From contig OX597820.1 of assembly GCA_951406725.2 (NCBI GenBank), forward strand, positions 41,664,001 through 41,728,000: a stretch of DNA of 64,000 nucleotides, read 5' to 3'. Below are positions 15,130-28,133 of the stretch, piece after piece (the stretch's first letter is position 1; the number at the start of each line of letters is the position of its first letter). The position numbers were made by a program, and so were the translations under genes. The notes under the pieces are model-generated. The model saw only the letters and a program-made list of their open reading frames with translations, was not told the origin of the DNA and ran no database searches. This DNA comes from Octopus vulgaris (lineage: Eukaryota).

Positions 15130-15969
15130 TGCTGATATGTACGCGCATATCAATGCGTGCGCGTGCAAGTGTGTGTAAATCAAGAAAATGAATATTTTAA
15201 CCAACCTAAGCTCACTTTCAGTCTATTATTTTTATTGTGGCTTATTTAGTTCTTGTGAACTAACACTGTCCACCACACGCATTCATGCAAATATATGTGC
15301 ACACATTTTGCATGCATGAGTCTCTATATGTGTACGTCTCGTGAACACATATACACATATGATATATCGCTTACACTGACGTACGTAAACACATAAGCAA
15401 TGCCAAAAATGCACAGTAACTAACACGCACATACACAATTAGACACACATATAAAATCAATAGAATATTTATATATTTACATGAAAGCAACAGTAACAGA
15501 GAACAGGCAGAAGCGGAGAATTAAGGTGAAGAAACTGATTGACGTCTTATTGAATACAACAAACCACTAATGAAGGAAGACACAGATTTTGGTAACATTA
15601 AAAGTCCACGCAGGCGCACTTGTAATAATTTTATGCTGCTCTTTGAGTCATAGATATACGCATATTGGCATGTTTTTACAATGTGGAAGTAATTTATTTC
15701 TTTATATATTCGTGTACTTTCCTCATTGCGGAAGTATATGGAGTATAATTATCTACCAAATGTTAGTTGAATGAATGGAGGAATAAACAGAAAAAAAGCA
15801 CATACACAGACAAAACACATACACGCATGCGCGCATAAATATGGCTGCTTTTGGACACAAACTTTGTGTGTGCATGATTATATATGTGCTTGCGAGAGTA
15901 TGTATTTATATATATATATATACAGATATATATATAAATGTAAAACTCTACAATGAACTATATATATAT

Positions 15970-16180
15970 AGTCGTTTCATTACGGACATGCTAGAGCAAT
16001 GACTTTAGTCGAGCAAATCGACCCAGGACCTAGTACTTATTCTATCGTTCTTTTTTGCCGAACCGCTAGAATACGGGGGACGTAAACACACTAGCTTCGG
16101 TTGTCAAGTGATGGGGGGGGGGGCAAACACAGATACACAAACACAAACACAAACACACACACACATACACATACACACAC
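15970..16180 (-). mobile_element. SINE family A, 3' half
   Basis: TTTAGTCGAGCAAATCGACCCAGGAC...GCCGAACCGCTA...GACGTAAACACAC...CGGTTGTCAAG. Confidence 0.8.
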
Positions 16181-16289
16181 AAAGCTCAGTATCCCCCACC
16201 AATTTATCCAGCAATACTTCAAGTTGAGATAGAGTGAGATTGTTCTAGAGGTGAAAGAAAATACATCTAAAATCCGTCCGCACCAAACC

Positions 16290-16620
16290 AATAGCTCATT
16301 TCGGCAATACTACCCACAGAGAGGGCAGAACAATCAAAAGACATTGAAAGAGAATATATGTGCAAACATTATAAAGCCGATGGTAAATAGAGCACAGTAT
16401 ACAAAAGACTGTTTGCGATCTGCCACATATAGTTCATAGTAGAGTTTTACATTTTTTTGCCCCACCAACTCATTTCGAACTTAATAAATACCATTAGTAT
16501 TCATTAAGACGCGTAATAAAATTCTTGCAGACCAACTTTAGGTCAAACCCAGTTTGGTGATGCCTGACGAAGAGAACGAGTTTTATCGATAACGCAACAA
16601 CTAATAGGACTAATCTCATT
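16290..16620 (+). mobile_element. Decayed Penelope-like element 3' end (GIY-YIG C-terminus-like peptide + hammerhead-like motif)
   Basis: LKENICANIIKPMVNR (16344-16391) resembles the xKExxxIxxxxPxLNR end of the PLE GIY-YIG endonuclease. About 170 nt later comes CTGACGA-A-GAG..ATC-GATAAC, a degenerate hammerhead core. Confidence 0.45.
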
Positions 16621-16772
16621 TAAACCTACATCACCAGTCATACTACAAATTATTTCTTTATCTGTATATCAGATTTACACGCTGATTGTAAAATGATTTT
16701 CATCGACAAACTGCCCAGTACCTAATTAATCATCTGACCAACCAAGCTGCTATTCACACAAACATATAAGCA

Positions 16773-17007
16773 ACTCTGAAAGAATGAAAGGCAAAGTCGA
16801 CCTCGGGTGGAATTTGAACTCAGGACGTAGCGACGGGCGAAATACCGATTTCTTTACTACCCACAAGGGGCTAAACACAGAGAGGACAAACAAGGACAGA
16901 CAAACGGATTAAGTCGATTATATCGACCCCAGTGCGTAACTGGTACTTATTTAATCGACCGCTAAGCGTTTCGTCCAGTGTGCTAACGATTATGCCAACT
17001 CGCTGCC
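16773..17007 (-). mobile_element. SINE family B containing a nested 3' fragment of another family B (B1 tail) copy
   Basis: The host head is split at AAATACCG^CTAAGC by a B1 tail piece at 16848-16957; ACCG is duplicated at 16844-16847 and 16958-16961. Confidence 0.85.
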
Positions 17008-17930
17008 ATACCAAAACTGTTAATTTTGGCGAATTTTGTTTACTTCATGTGCAGTTGGGGGAAAACGTCAGAATTCTCCTCCCAGCGGCAATTGGACATG
17101 AATTGTTTATATTATACAGAACATAATTTACCTTTCAGTCTTTCTTCAAGTATTGTCTCTTATTCACTAGTGATAAACTATAGAGTTGCTAAAGAGAATA
17201 GAGATATAGCTCACGTGCTAAATGTCCAAAAGTAAATACATTGAGCCACAATTGGTATTTTCACAATGACTGAAAATTCTAGACTTCGCTGTCGTTAAAA
17301 GAGAAACACAAAAGATTATGGTAATCCAATCTTAATCTAGAACTTATTGCATGAATTTAAAACAAACTAAATCAATTTATATCAACATTCTATTGGAGCC
17401 ATATACTAGAACAAATAGAGAAACTGGTGCATGTATCGTCATAAAATGGTTCCTCAGTTTAAACACTGATTTAAAGATTTAATCGAGTGAAACGTATTGA
17501 GACATTGACAGAAGAGAAAACTCAAACGAATTCAGTTTCCACAAACTATTGTGGGACTTCAAATAATAAGTATTGTAGCGACAACATTAACTAAGATATT
17601 ACACACTCAGGACATTGCACTCAGTATAAATCAAACTTAATATCTTACTATTAATGTCACCAGCTTATTGAAATGCTTTATCAAAATGAACAAAAACATA
17701 TAGAATTAGATCCGCTGGGAAGAAAATCAGCTTAGCACATGCAGTGAAAATAGAATTAGGAATAAGTGATTTGTGACCATATCTATATCTAATCGTCCAA
17801 TTGTCTCTTTTGAGGGGTCCAAAGCAATACACACAAACATATCCCATTCATTCATCGATCATACACACACACACGTGTATGTATGTATGAATGTATATAT
17901 ATATATATACACACACACATATATATATAT

Positions 17931-18166
17931 AGTTGAAATTTATAGAAAAACAAAAGATGAAGACAGGTGTATGAACAACAAGTAGGTGTATTAGCTTGAC
18001 GCTCGGGAAAATAAGGTCTTTTAAGTTTCGAGCCTACACACTTTAGCAGAAAGGAATAAGAGAAAATAAACAGAGAGAATATAAAAAGCCTGTTGATTTA
18101 GCGGTCAAGCAAGGCGACAGATTAGTAAAAGTATGACAGAAGAGGTTGGAAGAAAAGGTTGGTAAC
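17931..18166 (-). mobile_element. Penelope-like terminal-repeat relic with a degenerate hammerhead, inserted in (TA)n
   Basis: Minus strand 18018-18053 reads CTTT-CTGCTAA-AGTGTGTAGGCTC-GAAA-CTT-A-AAAAG, i.e. hammerhead topology with core substitutions. Both flanks are (TA)n. Confidence 0.55.
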
Positions 18167-18174
18167 TATATATA

Positions 18175-18277
<103 letters not shown>

Positions 18278-18319
18278 AGGGCACTCAAGTTGAATCGAGG
18301 AACAGAAGAGTGTGCATGT

Positions 18320-18558
18320 CGAATTAATGCGGGAGTTGCTGAGCGCTTACTTAGACACGTATCCTTAAGTTAGCCCTCCAGAAGATTCTGCGGGAGAATG
18401 TGACAAGGCTGAACCTGTGAAATACAAATATTGCTCACTTTTTGCCAGCTGAGTTAACTGAAACAACGTGAAGTAGAAATCTTTTGCTCAAGGAAACCGA
18501 ACACACGCTCTTACGATCGTGAGCCGATTGCCTCACCCACTTAGTAACGCACCTTCAC
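18320..18558 (-). mobile_element. SINE family C (tRNA head + CORE-like domain), diverged
   Basis: Aligns to the 27708-28034 copy (GTGACAAGGCTG...TTTTGCCAGCTGAGT...TTGCTCAAGGA...TTACGATCGTGAGC). Confidence 0.8.
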
Positions 18559-18695
18559 ATATTGAAGTACATATATATAGGTTTATAGATAAATTATTTC
18601 TATATTAAGCATCTTATATTTAGCACCACTGTGTTCATACACATTGTACTAAAACATGATTACTAGGTACAGAAATATATATATACGTATGTATT

Positions 18696-18857
18696 CGACG
18701 GGCTTCTTTCGGTTTCTGTCTGCTAAATCCACGCACAAGGCTTTGGGCGGACCGAGGCTATAGTAGAAGACATTTGCCCAAGGTGCCACGGAGTGGCACT
18801 GAACCCGGAACCATGTGATTGGTAAGCAAGCTACTTAACACAAAGCCACTCCTGCCC
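18696..18857 (-). mobile_element. SINE family A, 5' half
   Basis: CGACGGGCTTCTTTC...TTGCCCAAGGTGCCAC...GAACCCGGAACCATGTG...AGCCACTCCTGC. Confidence 0.85.
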
Positions 18858-18859
18858 TT

Positions 18860-19395
<536 letters not shown>

Positions 19396-19399
19396 TGTC

Positions 19400-19545
19400 T
19401 GGTAGGAAGTTTGCTTCCTAACCACATAATCTCAGTTTCATTCACACCTTTTTCACCTTGGGAAAATGTCTTGAACTATACATCTTAGGCCTACCAAAGA
19501 TCTATAAATGGCTTTCATTGACGGAAACTGAAAGAATCCCTGCGT
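19400..19545 (+). mobile_element. SINE family A, degenerate 5' half
   Basis: TGGTAGGAAGTTTGCTTCCTAACCACAT...CCTTGGGAAAATGTC...GACGGAAACTGAAAGAA. Confidence 0.7.
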
Positions 19546-19772
19546 GCCTGTGCACGTGTGTATTTTTGTGGATTTGTCTGTCTTTGCATATGTATTACAC
19601 ATGGCTAAATAGCAGCCAAAAGAATGTGCAAAAAGCAATTTCAAGGAGAAGATTCCCCAAACTACAAAGACCTGAATTATCCAATCGAAACATACATTCT
19701 GATACCGAGTATGGTCGCACACATACTCTTCGAAAGAAAAAGCCTTATTAAATATGTTTGTCCATATATATC

Positions 19773-19994
19773 TATTTCTTTACTACCCACAAGGGGCTAA
19801 ACACAGAGAGGACAAACAAGGACAGACAAACGGATTAAGTCGATTATACCGACCCCGGTACGTAACTGGTACTTAATTTATCAACCCCGAAAGGATGAAA
19901 GGCAAAGTCGACCTCGGCGGAATTCGAACTCAGAACGTAACGGCAGACGAAATGCGGCTACGCCTTTCGCCCGGCATGCTAACGGTTCTGCCAG
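19773..19994 (-). mobile_element. SINE family B (B1 tail), near full length
   Basis: TATTTCTTTACTACCCACAAGGGGCTAAACAC...CCCCGAAAGGATGAAAGGCAAAGTCGACCTCGGCGGAATTCGAACTCAG...GTTCTGCCAG. Confidence 0.92.
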
Positions 19995-20210
19995 TATCTA
20001 CGTATATAATCCCACTCTCTTCTGCTCTCTCTCCCTCTCTTTCTCTCTCCCTCTCCCTCTGCATATGCGTGTATACACATACATATACATATATATATTG
20101 CATACTCATCTATTTGTGCATATACGCCTATTTAATCTTCCTATTAGTCTCTTCATTCCATACGTATAAAGTGTTTTTTTTAAATTATATATATGCATAC
20201 ATACATGCAT

Positions 20211-20283
<73 letters not shown>

Positions 20284-20404
20284 TAGAAAGAGAGAGAGAG
20301 TGGGAGAGAGAGGGAGAGAGAGAAAGAGGGAGAGAGAGAAAGAGGGAGAGAGATACACGCAGGCACATATATGTATGTTTATATATATATATATATATAT
20401 ATAT

Positions 20405-20458
20405 AAGGCGGTGCTCCAGCATGGCCGCAGTCAAATGACTGAAACAAAATAAAAGAAT
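20405..20458 (+). mobile_element. SINE family A (or partner LINE) 3' tip
   Basis: AAGGCGGTGCTCCAGCATGGCCGCAGTCAAATGACTGAAACAAAATAAAAGA. Confidence 0.85.
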
Positions 20459-20474
20459 AGATATGTGTATGTAT

Positions 20475-20515
<41 letters not shown>

Positions 20516-21089
20516 ATATACATACGTACTTAGATATTCAACAACACGTATAAACGACGTATGTGTGTGTTTCGGTTACATTCCCGTAGAAAGCATTGTG
20601 ATTGACATTTTAATATGATGTAACTTCACGTAGAACGTCCGAGGCGCGAGAAATATGCTTGGCTGCCATGTCCCAGTACACGAAGTTGGCGACTTTACGC
20701 TTCCAGCAATGCATCGACTATGTGTGCGAGTGTGATAAAAAGCGGGAAAAATAGTCGGACTGCTTGTTGAAAAAAAAAAAACCTAGCGCTGCGGAATAAG
20801 CAGTAGCGATATATAGTGAGTCTCTGCATACGCATGTAGATGTTTATATATATATATATATATACATGTAGATGTTTATGTGAGTCTTTATATGAGTACG
20901 CATAAGAGTGTGTAGTGGTTTGTGAGTACTTGTATATAACTATCTACATAGGTTTGCATATATGTGTGTGTGAATTTCTACATATGGTTGCGAATGTAAT
21001 GTGATGTGATGTGCTGTGTTGTATTGTGTTGTGTTGTGTTGTGTTGTGTTGCGTGTGTGTGTTTATGTTTGTGAGTGTGCGTGTGTGTG

Positions 21090-21122
<33 letters not shown>

Positions 21123-21928
21123 GTGTGTAAGTTGTGTGTGTGTGTAACGTGCTGTCACATCGGCGTTGCTGTTGGGTACTGATAATGATGAAGACGGTGG
21201 TGGGGCAGTTGCTGGTTGTGTAAGTTGTGACGGCGGTAAAAGAGGTGGTGGTTGTGGCAGCAAAAGAAGATTGGTGATGTAGGCAGTGGCGTTCTTTGTT
21301 GCAGTATTGGCGGATATGTTTGTGTAGGTAGTGGTAACGATGTCAGCGGCGTTGGAGCGTTGTTAATAGCGATGTGGTAGCAGTGGTGCCGGCGAAGAAT
21401 GCAACGGTGGCGATGTTGTTGCTATTGGAGGGGAGGGAAGAGGAGTACAGAACGTTGAAGGGTGGTCGGACTAGCTTTCGGCGTTTACAGCGATGGCGGG
21501 AAGGGGAGAGCCATGTTAATTGGACGCCCGGTCACACGTAAAAACACTAATGCTATCGCTATAATGAGCGGCCCAGAAATTTATGGGAGGAACGCAGTGT
21601 TCGTTCTCTTCTGATTTCTTCAGAGACGCAAGCAGGCTGTTTCTCTTTATTCCCCTACCCCCTCTTTTACACTGCCCCTACTTCCCCTTATACCGACTTA
21701 CACACCACTACCAGCATCAGCAGCACTAATAGCAGTAGCAACAACACAGCATCACTATTACTACTAACATTGCTTGCCTCGTAAACAGCGTCGCCACCCT
21801 GAAGAACAATCTTCCACCATCGTTACGAAGCGAAGGAAAATCCCTCTGAAATCTAATTTCACTTTTATTCTATCTACTGTACTTCATTCCCTCGTTCAGC
21901 CTCTATCATTCTTAGTCTCTCTTTTCTC

Positions 21929-21986
<58 letters not shown>

Positions 21987-22321
21987 TATCTGTCTATGTC
22001 TTACACTCTTTGTCTACCTCTAATTTCTTTCTCGAATCTGATGCAACACATCATACGCACACATTCAGTCATGACATATATAATTATAAACACACACATA
22101 TACACATATACAAGGCTATATATATGTGTGTGTAAGTATATACATATGTATGTCTATACACACCAGATTACTCAGATACAGATATATACACATAATTATA
22201 TACGAACATATGTGCATATTTGTATGTAAGTATGTGTACACAAGTATGTCTCCGTATACATCCTAATTTCTCCCCTTACTCTTCCTCTTCTCAATTCCCT
22301 CTGTATACGTACGATGTGATA

Positions 22322-22369
<48 letters not shown>

Positions 22370-23436
22370 TGTATTTGTCTCTATCTGAATGACCGTGAGA
22401 CAGAGAGAGAGAGAGAGAGAGAGCGAGAGAGCGAGAGAGCGAGAGAGAGAGACGAAGAGGCGAATGTGTGCGTGTGTACACGTTTGTGTTTTTGTATGTG
22501 TGTCTACATGAGCATGAGCTTGTGTGTATTTACGTGTGTGTGCGTGGTGTATGTGTGTGTCTGTCTCTGTGTGTGTGTGTGTCTGTCTGTCTGTGTGTGT
22601 GTCTGCCTCTGTGTGTGTGTGTGTGTGTGTGTGTGAGTGTGTGTACGCGCGCGAAAGCGTGTGTGTACATGTGAATGCTGCTGCATTTATTATTTTTATA
22701 ATCAATTCGTCCTGTTTTCTTTTTGGTAAATCATATTTGTTTTTCTTTCGCATCCTGTTTTGTTTTTATTGCTATTTTCCTTGAAATAATTTTGTATTTT
22801 GTAACTTCATTCCTTTTTCTTCTCACATTCTTTCCCTGTTTCTCCTTCAGTCTTTATCTTCTGTAATGGCAGTCTCTTTCCACTTAAAATCATACTCACT
22901 CACTCACTCAGTCAAGCCTTCTTTTGCGTCATGTCCTTTCAATATATTCAATATTCAACTACCTCTCTCCACTCCCTTTTCTCATTCAAACTCTTCTTTA
23001 CTCTATCTCTCTTTCTCGTTTCTCTTTCTCTCATTCTTTATCTTCGTATTTCGGCTGCGTTTCAGCTGCAGAATTGTGAAACTATCATTTTCCTTCCTCG
23101 CCTCTCTATCAATCTATTTCTCTCTCCATTTGTTCTCTGTCTCTCTTGTTCCTGTCGCACTCTGTGATGCTCTGTTTACCTATATGTTTATACAGATACT
23201 TCTCTTTCTCTCTCTAGCACACCATTTCTTTCTTTCTTTCTTTCTCTCTCTTTCTTCCTTTCCGTCGGTTTTTCCTCTCGCTCTTTCTTCATATCTTTTT
23301 CTCTTTCCTTCGTTCCTTTTTTTATGGCATACCTTAATACATACCGTCTCTCTTTCTCCGTCTCAGCTTTATCTGTCTCTTTCATAAGCTTTCTTTCTCT
23401 CTATAACTTTCGTTTGCTTATATTGTTCGTTTTCGG

Positions 23437-23489
<53 letters not shown>

Positions 23490-23491
<2 letters not shown>

Positions 23492-23851
23492 CGCAGGAGT
23501 GGCTGTGTGGTAAGAAGCTTGCTTCCCAACTACATGGTTCTAGCTTCAGTCCCAGTGCGTGGTACCTTGCGCAAGTGTCTTCTACTATAGCCTCGGGCCG
23601 ACCAAAGCCTTGTGAGTGCATTTGGTAGACGGAAACTTAAGGAAGACCGTCGTATATTTGTGTATGTGTGTCTGTATTTGTCCCCACCTCTATCGCTTGA
23701 CAACGGATCTTGGTGTGTTTACGTGCCCGTAACTTAGCGGTTGTGCAAAAGATCGACTAGGCTTACAAAGAATAAGTCCTGGGGCCGAACCGTTCTACTG
23801 AAGGATGTGCTCCAGCATGGCCGCAGTTAAATGACTGAAACAAGTAAAAGA
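23490..23851 (+). mobile_element. SINE family A, full length
   Basis: Complete head, internal domain and tail. Confidence 0.92.
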
Positions 23852-24155
23852 ATATATGTATATGTATTCTGTCCCCTTCTCACAAATTTCTTTTTCTCTT
23901 AACATCTATCTCTACCTCACTTCCATTTATATTTTACTCATTAACATTTCATATCAGTTACTCTCTGATAAAGTCTCCTCTTTACCTACAGAGTAGCTCT
24001 TAGTAATACTGTTTCACCCAACAATTTGCTCTCTCAAAAATTAAGTTAGCAAAATTTCTCTTCTCGGAGTAAATATTCTTTCTGTTTCACCTCAGTAGTT
24101 TTTTTCTTCTTTTCTTCCTTTCTGTCATCGTGTATTCTCTCATTCCTTTATAATT

Positions 24156-24566
24156 CTCTTTTACTCTTTACTCTTTTACTTGTTTCAGTCATTTGACTGC
24201 GGCCATGCTGGAGCACCACCTTTTGTCGAGCAAATCGACCCCGGGACTTATTCTTTGTAAGCCCAGTACTTATTGTATCGGTCTCTTTTGCCGAACCGCT
24301 AAGTGACGGGGACGTAAACACACCAGCATCGGTTGTCAAGCAATGCTAGGGGGACAAACACACACACACAAACATATACACACACACCCACATATATATA
24401 CACACATATACGACAGGCTTCTTTCAGTTTCCGTCTACCAAATCCACTCACAAGGCATTGGTCGGCCCGGGGCTATAGCAGAAGACACTTGCCCAAGATG
24501 CCACGCAGTGGGACTGAACCCGGAACCATGTGGTTGGTTAGCAAGCTACTTACCACACAGCCACTC
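24156..24566 (-). mobile_element. SINE family A, near full length, young
   Basis: Very close to the copies at 25102-25501 and 44333-44756; tail (GTAAAAGA)n. Confidence 0.95.
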
Positions 24567-24932
24567 GTTTTTTTATTTGTTTTATCCATATCATATTCTT
24601 TCCTGTTTTTAATATATTTTAACCCTTTCTTTTTTGTTCTCTTGTCTGTCAGTCAATCATGCTTTTCACTTTTTTTGTGTCAATTTTTCTCCTTATTTTC
24701 TTCGTTTATGCCTTTTTTTTTACCTTCTATCTAGTCATCGTCGCTATGAATCTTGCTACTTTTCTTTAGTCCCTGCTCAGTCCCGAGCTCTTAGACCAGC
24801 AATCAATAGTATTTCCCTTAGTCGTGAGCATCACGTTCTTTTGTATATCTAGGGCTAATTTTTCCTAGATAGTGATGAGTGAATTAAGGGATTTTGGCTT
24901 CTATCTCTTGCAAGTCGAACGATCAAACAGAG

Positions 24933-25579
24933 CAGTGGTTCTCAATCATATTTTTAACTATGGACCTCTTTCGTTCCCAGTTTGCTCAGGTGGACTCTCA
25001 GAGCAATTCGATGTTTAAAAAGTCCTATTATATTTTTCAAATAAATATTTTTAGGAACTCTATAAAAATTGTTGAAATATTTCATGTCTTTTAGAAGTAT
25101 AACTCTTTTACTCTTTTACTTGTTTCAGTCATTTGACTGCGGCCATGCTGGAGCACCACCTTTTAGTCGAGCAAATCGACCCCAGGACTTATTCTTTGTA
25201 AGCCCAGTACTTATTCTATCGGTCTCTTTTGCCGAACCGCTAAGTGACGGGGACGTAAACACACCAGCATCGGTTGTCAAGCAATGCTAGGGGGACAAAC
25301 ACACACACACAAACTCATACACACATACATATATATATACATATATACGACAGACTTCTTTCAGTTTCTGTCTACCAAATCCACTCACAAGGCATTGGTC
25401 GGCCCGGGACTATAGCAGAAGACACTTGCCCAAGATACCACGCAGTGGGACTGAACCCGGGACCATGTGGCTGGTTAGCAAGCTACTTACCACACAGCCA
25501 CTTATTTTACATAACTTGTGAGAACAAAAATCTTATACGGAGCACCAAATATCATATGGACCATGATTGTGAACCATCG
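24933..25579. mobile_element. hAT (Charlie-like) MITE interrupted by a family A SINE
   Basis: Left TIR CAGTGGTTCTCAA; degenerate right TIR TTGTGAACCATCG; 8-bp flanks AAACAGAG / ACTCAGAA (5/8 identical). Confidence 0.65.
25102..25501 (-). mobile_element. SINE family A, near full length, inserted in the hAT MITE
   Basis: High identity to 24156-24566. Confidence 0.95.
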
Positions 25580-27560
25580 ACTCAGAACATATTTCGTTTG
25601 GTCCCTAATATAAACGACTTACGTATTCTTTATTTTCCTTCTTCCCTTCTTTTCTGAAGGCATGGTGTGTGATTTGAAGGAAAGTTGGCTATTACCTTTA
25701 ATATATCGAACGACTCACGCAGAAGCTCTTACGCAAGGTTCCTTGGCATCAAATTTACGCATTCCTTGTTTACTTTTTCTTTCTTTTGTACTTCCTTTCA
25801 CTTCGACTAATGTTTCCTAGTTCTTTCTACCTACTTTATTTCATATCAATAGCCTCCCTATTTCTATTAGCCTTTCGTCCGTCACTCTTTATCAACTCTT
25901 TCGCTCTTTCTCCTAAATATTTCATTCTCTTAACTAAATACGTTCTCCTCATTCTAGATCATTTCTGGTTTTCTAGCTTTTTACCATATAAAGCTATCTT
26001 TACATTTCATCCGCTTTCTCAGTTTCTCACTCTATTTATTGTTTTTTCTCCATATCACCAATCTTTCATTTCTCTCACATAACTTTCATTCTCACTTAGT
26101 TGGCTCCCTATTTACATCTATTAGCCTTTCTTTCTTTACACTAATTTTCTGCTTTTTTTTTCTTTTCATATTATTCTTATTCTCATCTCCCCATATACAC
26201 TTTCTTTTCCTTTAGCGTTTCACACAAACGTTCAGCTTATCTCATAGAGAAAAATATCTTAATTCAATATCCCATACATTTCCCTTGATCCCTCTCACAT
26301 TTTCCTTTTCACTTTCTTCCTAACGCGCATTCTCCCCCCATCCCCGTCTCTTGCACTCTCTCTCTCTCTTTCTACCTCTCTCTAAAACTCTGACATTCTT
26401 TTACACTACTTTCTCTATGCTATCGTCCCACCCATTAGTTGGACGTACTCCTTAGTTCTGCATTAATTTCGATCCATATTTCACGCCCCAAAATGTTTAC
26501 GCAATAATCAATTAATACTACACCCTTTTTTGTTTCCTCATCCAATATTTCCAACATCGCATCGATTACCGTTTCCTAGCCCAACCACTCAACACATCTT
26601 TGCACGCACAATCATCCAACGCGCGCGCGCGCACACACACACACACACGTATTCATACATACATGCGAAGAATGAGTAAGAGAAAAAGAGAGACACACAC
26701 AGAGAGAAAGAGAGGGTGAGAGAGCATATACACACCTAGCTGTGTGCATGTCCACATAGCACACCTCACTTCACACTCATGCCAATTATATATTCTACAC
26801 CGACTGCTACCACACAGCCAATAGCCGCACCTTAACACCAGTAACAGGGCTAAGCCACTATCTCGACATTCTTACCACTATCACATTGCTACCTACACTA
26901 CCAGTTCACCAACTCTACCACCAGCATCACCACTATCATCATCACTACCACCATTGCATTAGAAACATTTTCAGTACTGTAAGTATGGACAAGCACCAAG
27001 ATCATCATCGCTAAATAATCTTATAGCACTCTGCAGGATTTTCAGAAAATCTCCTATCATTAAATATATGTATTATCGCTTAGTCTGTGGTGGAATAACC
27101 TTTTTCCGTGGTTTCTGAGACATGTAAAAGATAAAGAAGTTAAGCTAAGACTAAATACCTGGCCTCGCATACATGTAACAGGATGGACTCAAATACAAAG
27201 GCATTTATGGGTCATGTGCTGGCGTTAAAATTGAATTAGTGATACGCAATCTTCGGCCCACGTAACATTCTGAATTGCACACCTAATGGAAAATGACCCT
27301 GAAACTTTAGTAGAGCGCTCACCTTATGATGAGCCATATCTCAGCCAGCCCGCTTCTCGATAAAGGTTTTCGATGCCGGAATAAGTGTACTAGCTAGATT
27401 TTATCCCCGCCACAACCAAACCAGAGCAATTTCCACTATGATCATTACATCCTCAATCTTTCAGGTGCTACAACAGCACAACACCATACTACTATAATAA
27501 CATTTGAGAACTACAGTAGAAATCTTAACATGATAAAATTAAGAGTTAGAATTCATGATC

Positions 27561-27703
<143 letters not shown>

Positions 27704-27707
27704 AAGA

Positions 27708-28034
27708 GAGCACTCCACTCCGTCGGTTATAATGACAATGGTCCCAGCTGATACAATCAACAGAGCAGCTTGCTCGTGAAATGAACGTGCAAGTGGCTGA
27801 GCACGCCGCAGACATGTGTATCCTTAACGTAGTTCTCAGGGAAATTCAGCTTGACACAAAGTGTGACAAAGCCGGCTCTTTCAAATACAGGTACTACTCA
27901 TCTTTGACAGTTGAGTGGACTGGAGGAACGTGAAATAAAGTGCCTTGCTCAAGGACACAACGCGTCGCCGGGAATTGAACCCACAACGTTACGATCGTGA
28001 GCTGAATGCCCTTACCACTAAGCCACCTCCTTCA
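27708..28034 (-). mobile_element. SINE family C (tRNA head + CORE-like domain), full length
   Basis: Minus strand has A-box TGGCTTAGTGG and B-box GGTTCAATTCC, then GTGTCCTTGAGCAAGGCACTTT...CTCCAGTCCACTCA, ending ACCGACGGAGTG. Confidence 0.9.
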
Positions 28035-28088
28035 CCACATATGTATATATGTGTGAGTGTGTGTGTGACTGTGCGTGTGTGTGTATGT

Positions 28089-28133
<45 letters not shown>

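Noticed and set aside
24333-24734. Recurrent MSSNARGTNT / IYDRLLSVSVYQIHSQG peptides at several loci
   Set aside because: Antisense translations of SINE family A, not a gene family.
27960-28034. tRNA-like sequences at SINE heads (also 34413, 35040, 38961)
   Set aside because: A/B boxes are present, but there is no complete cloverleaf or acceptor stem, and they continue into SINE bodies.
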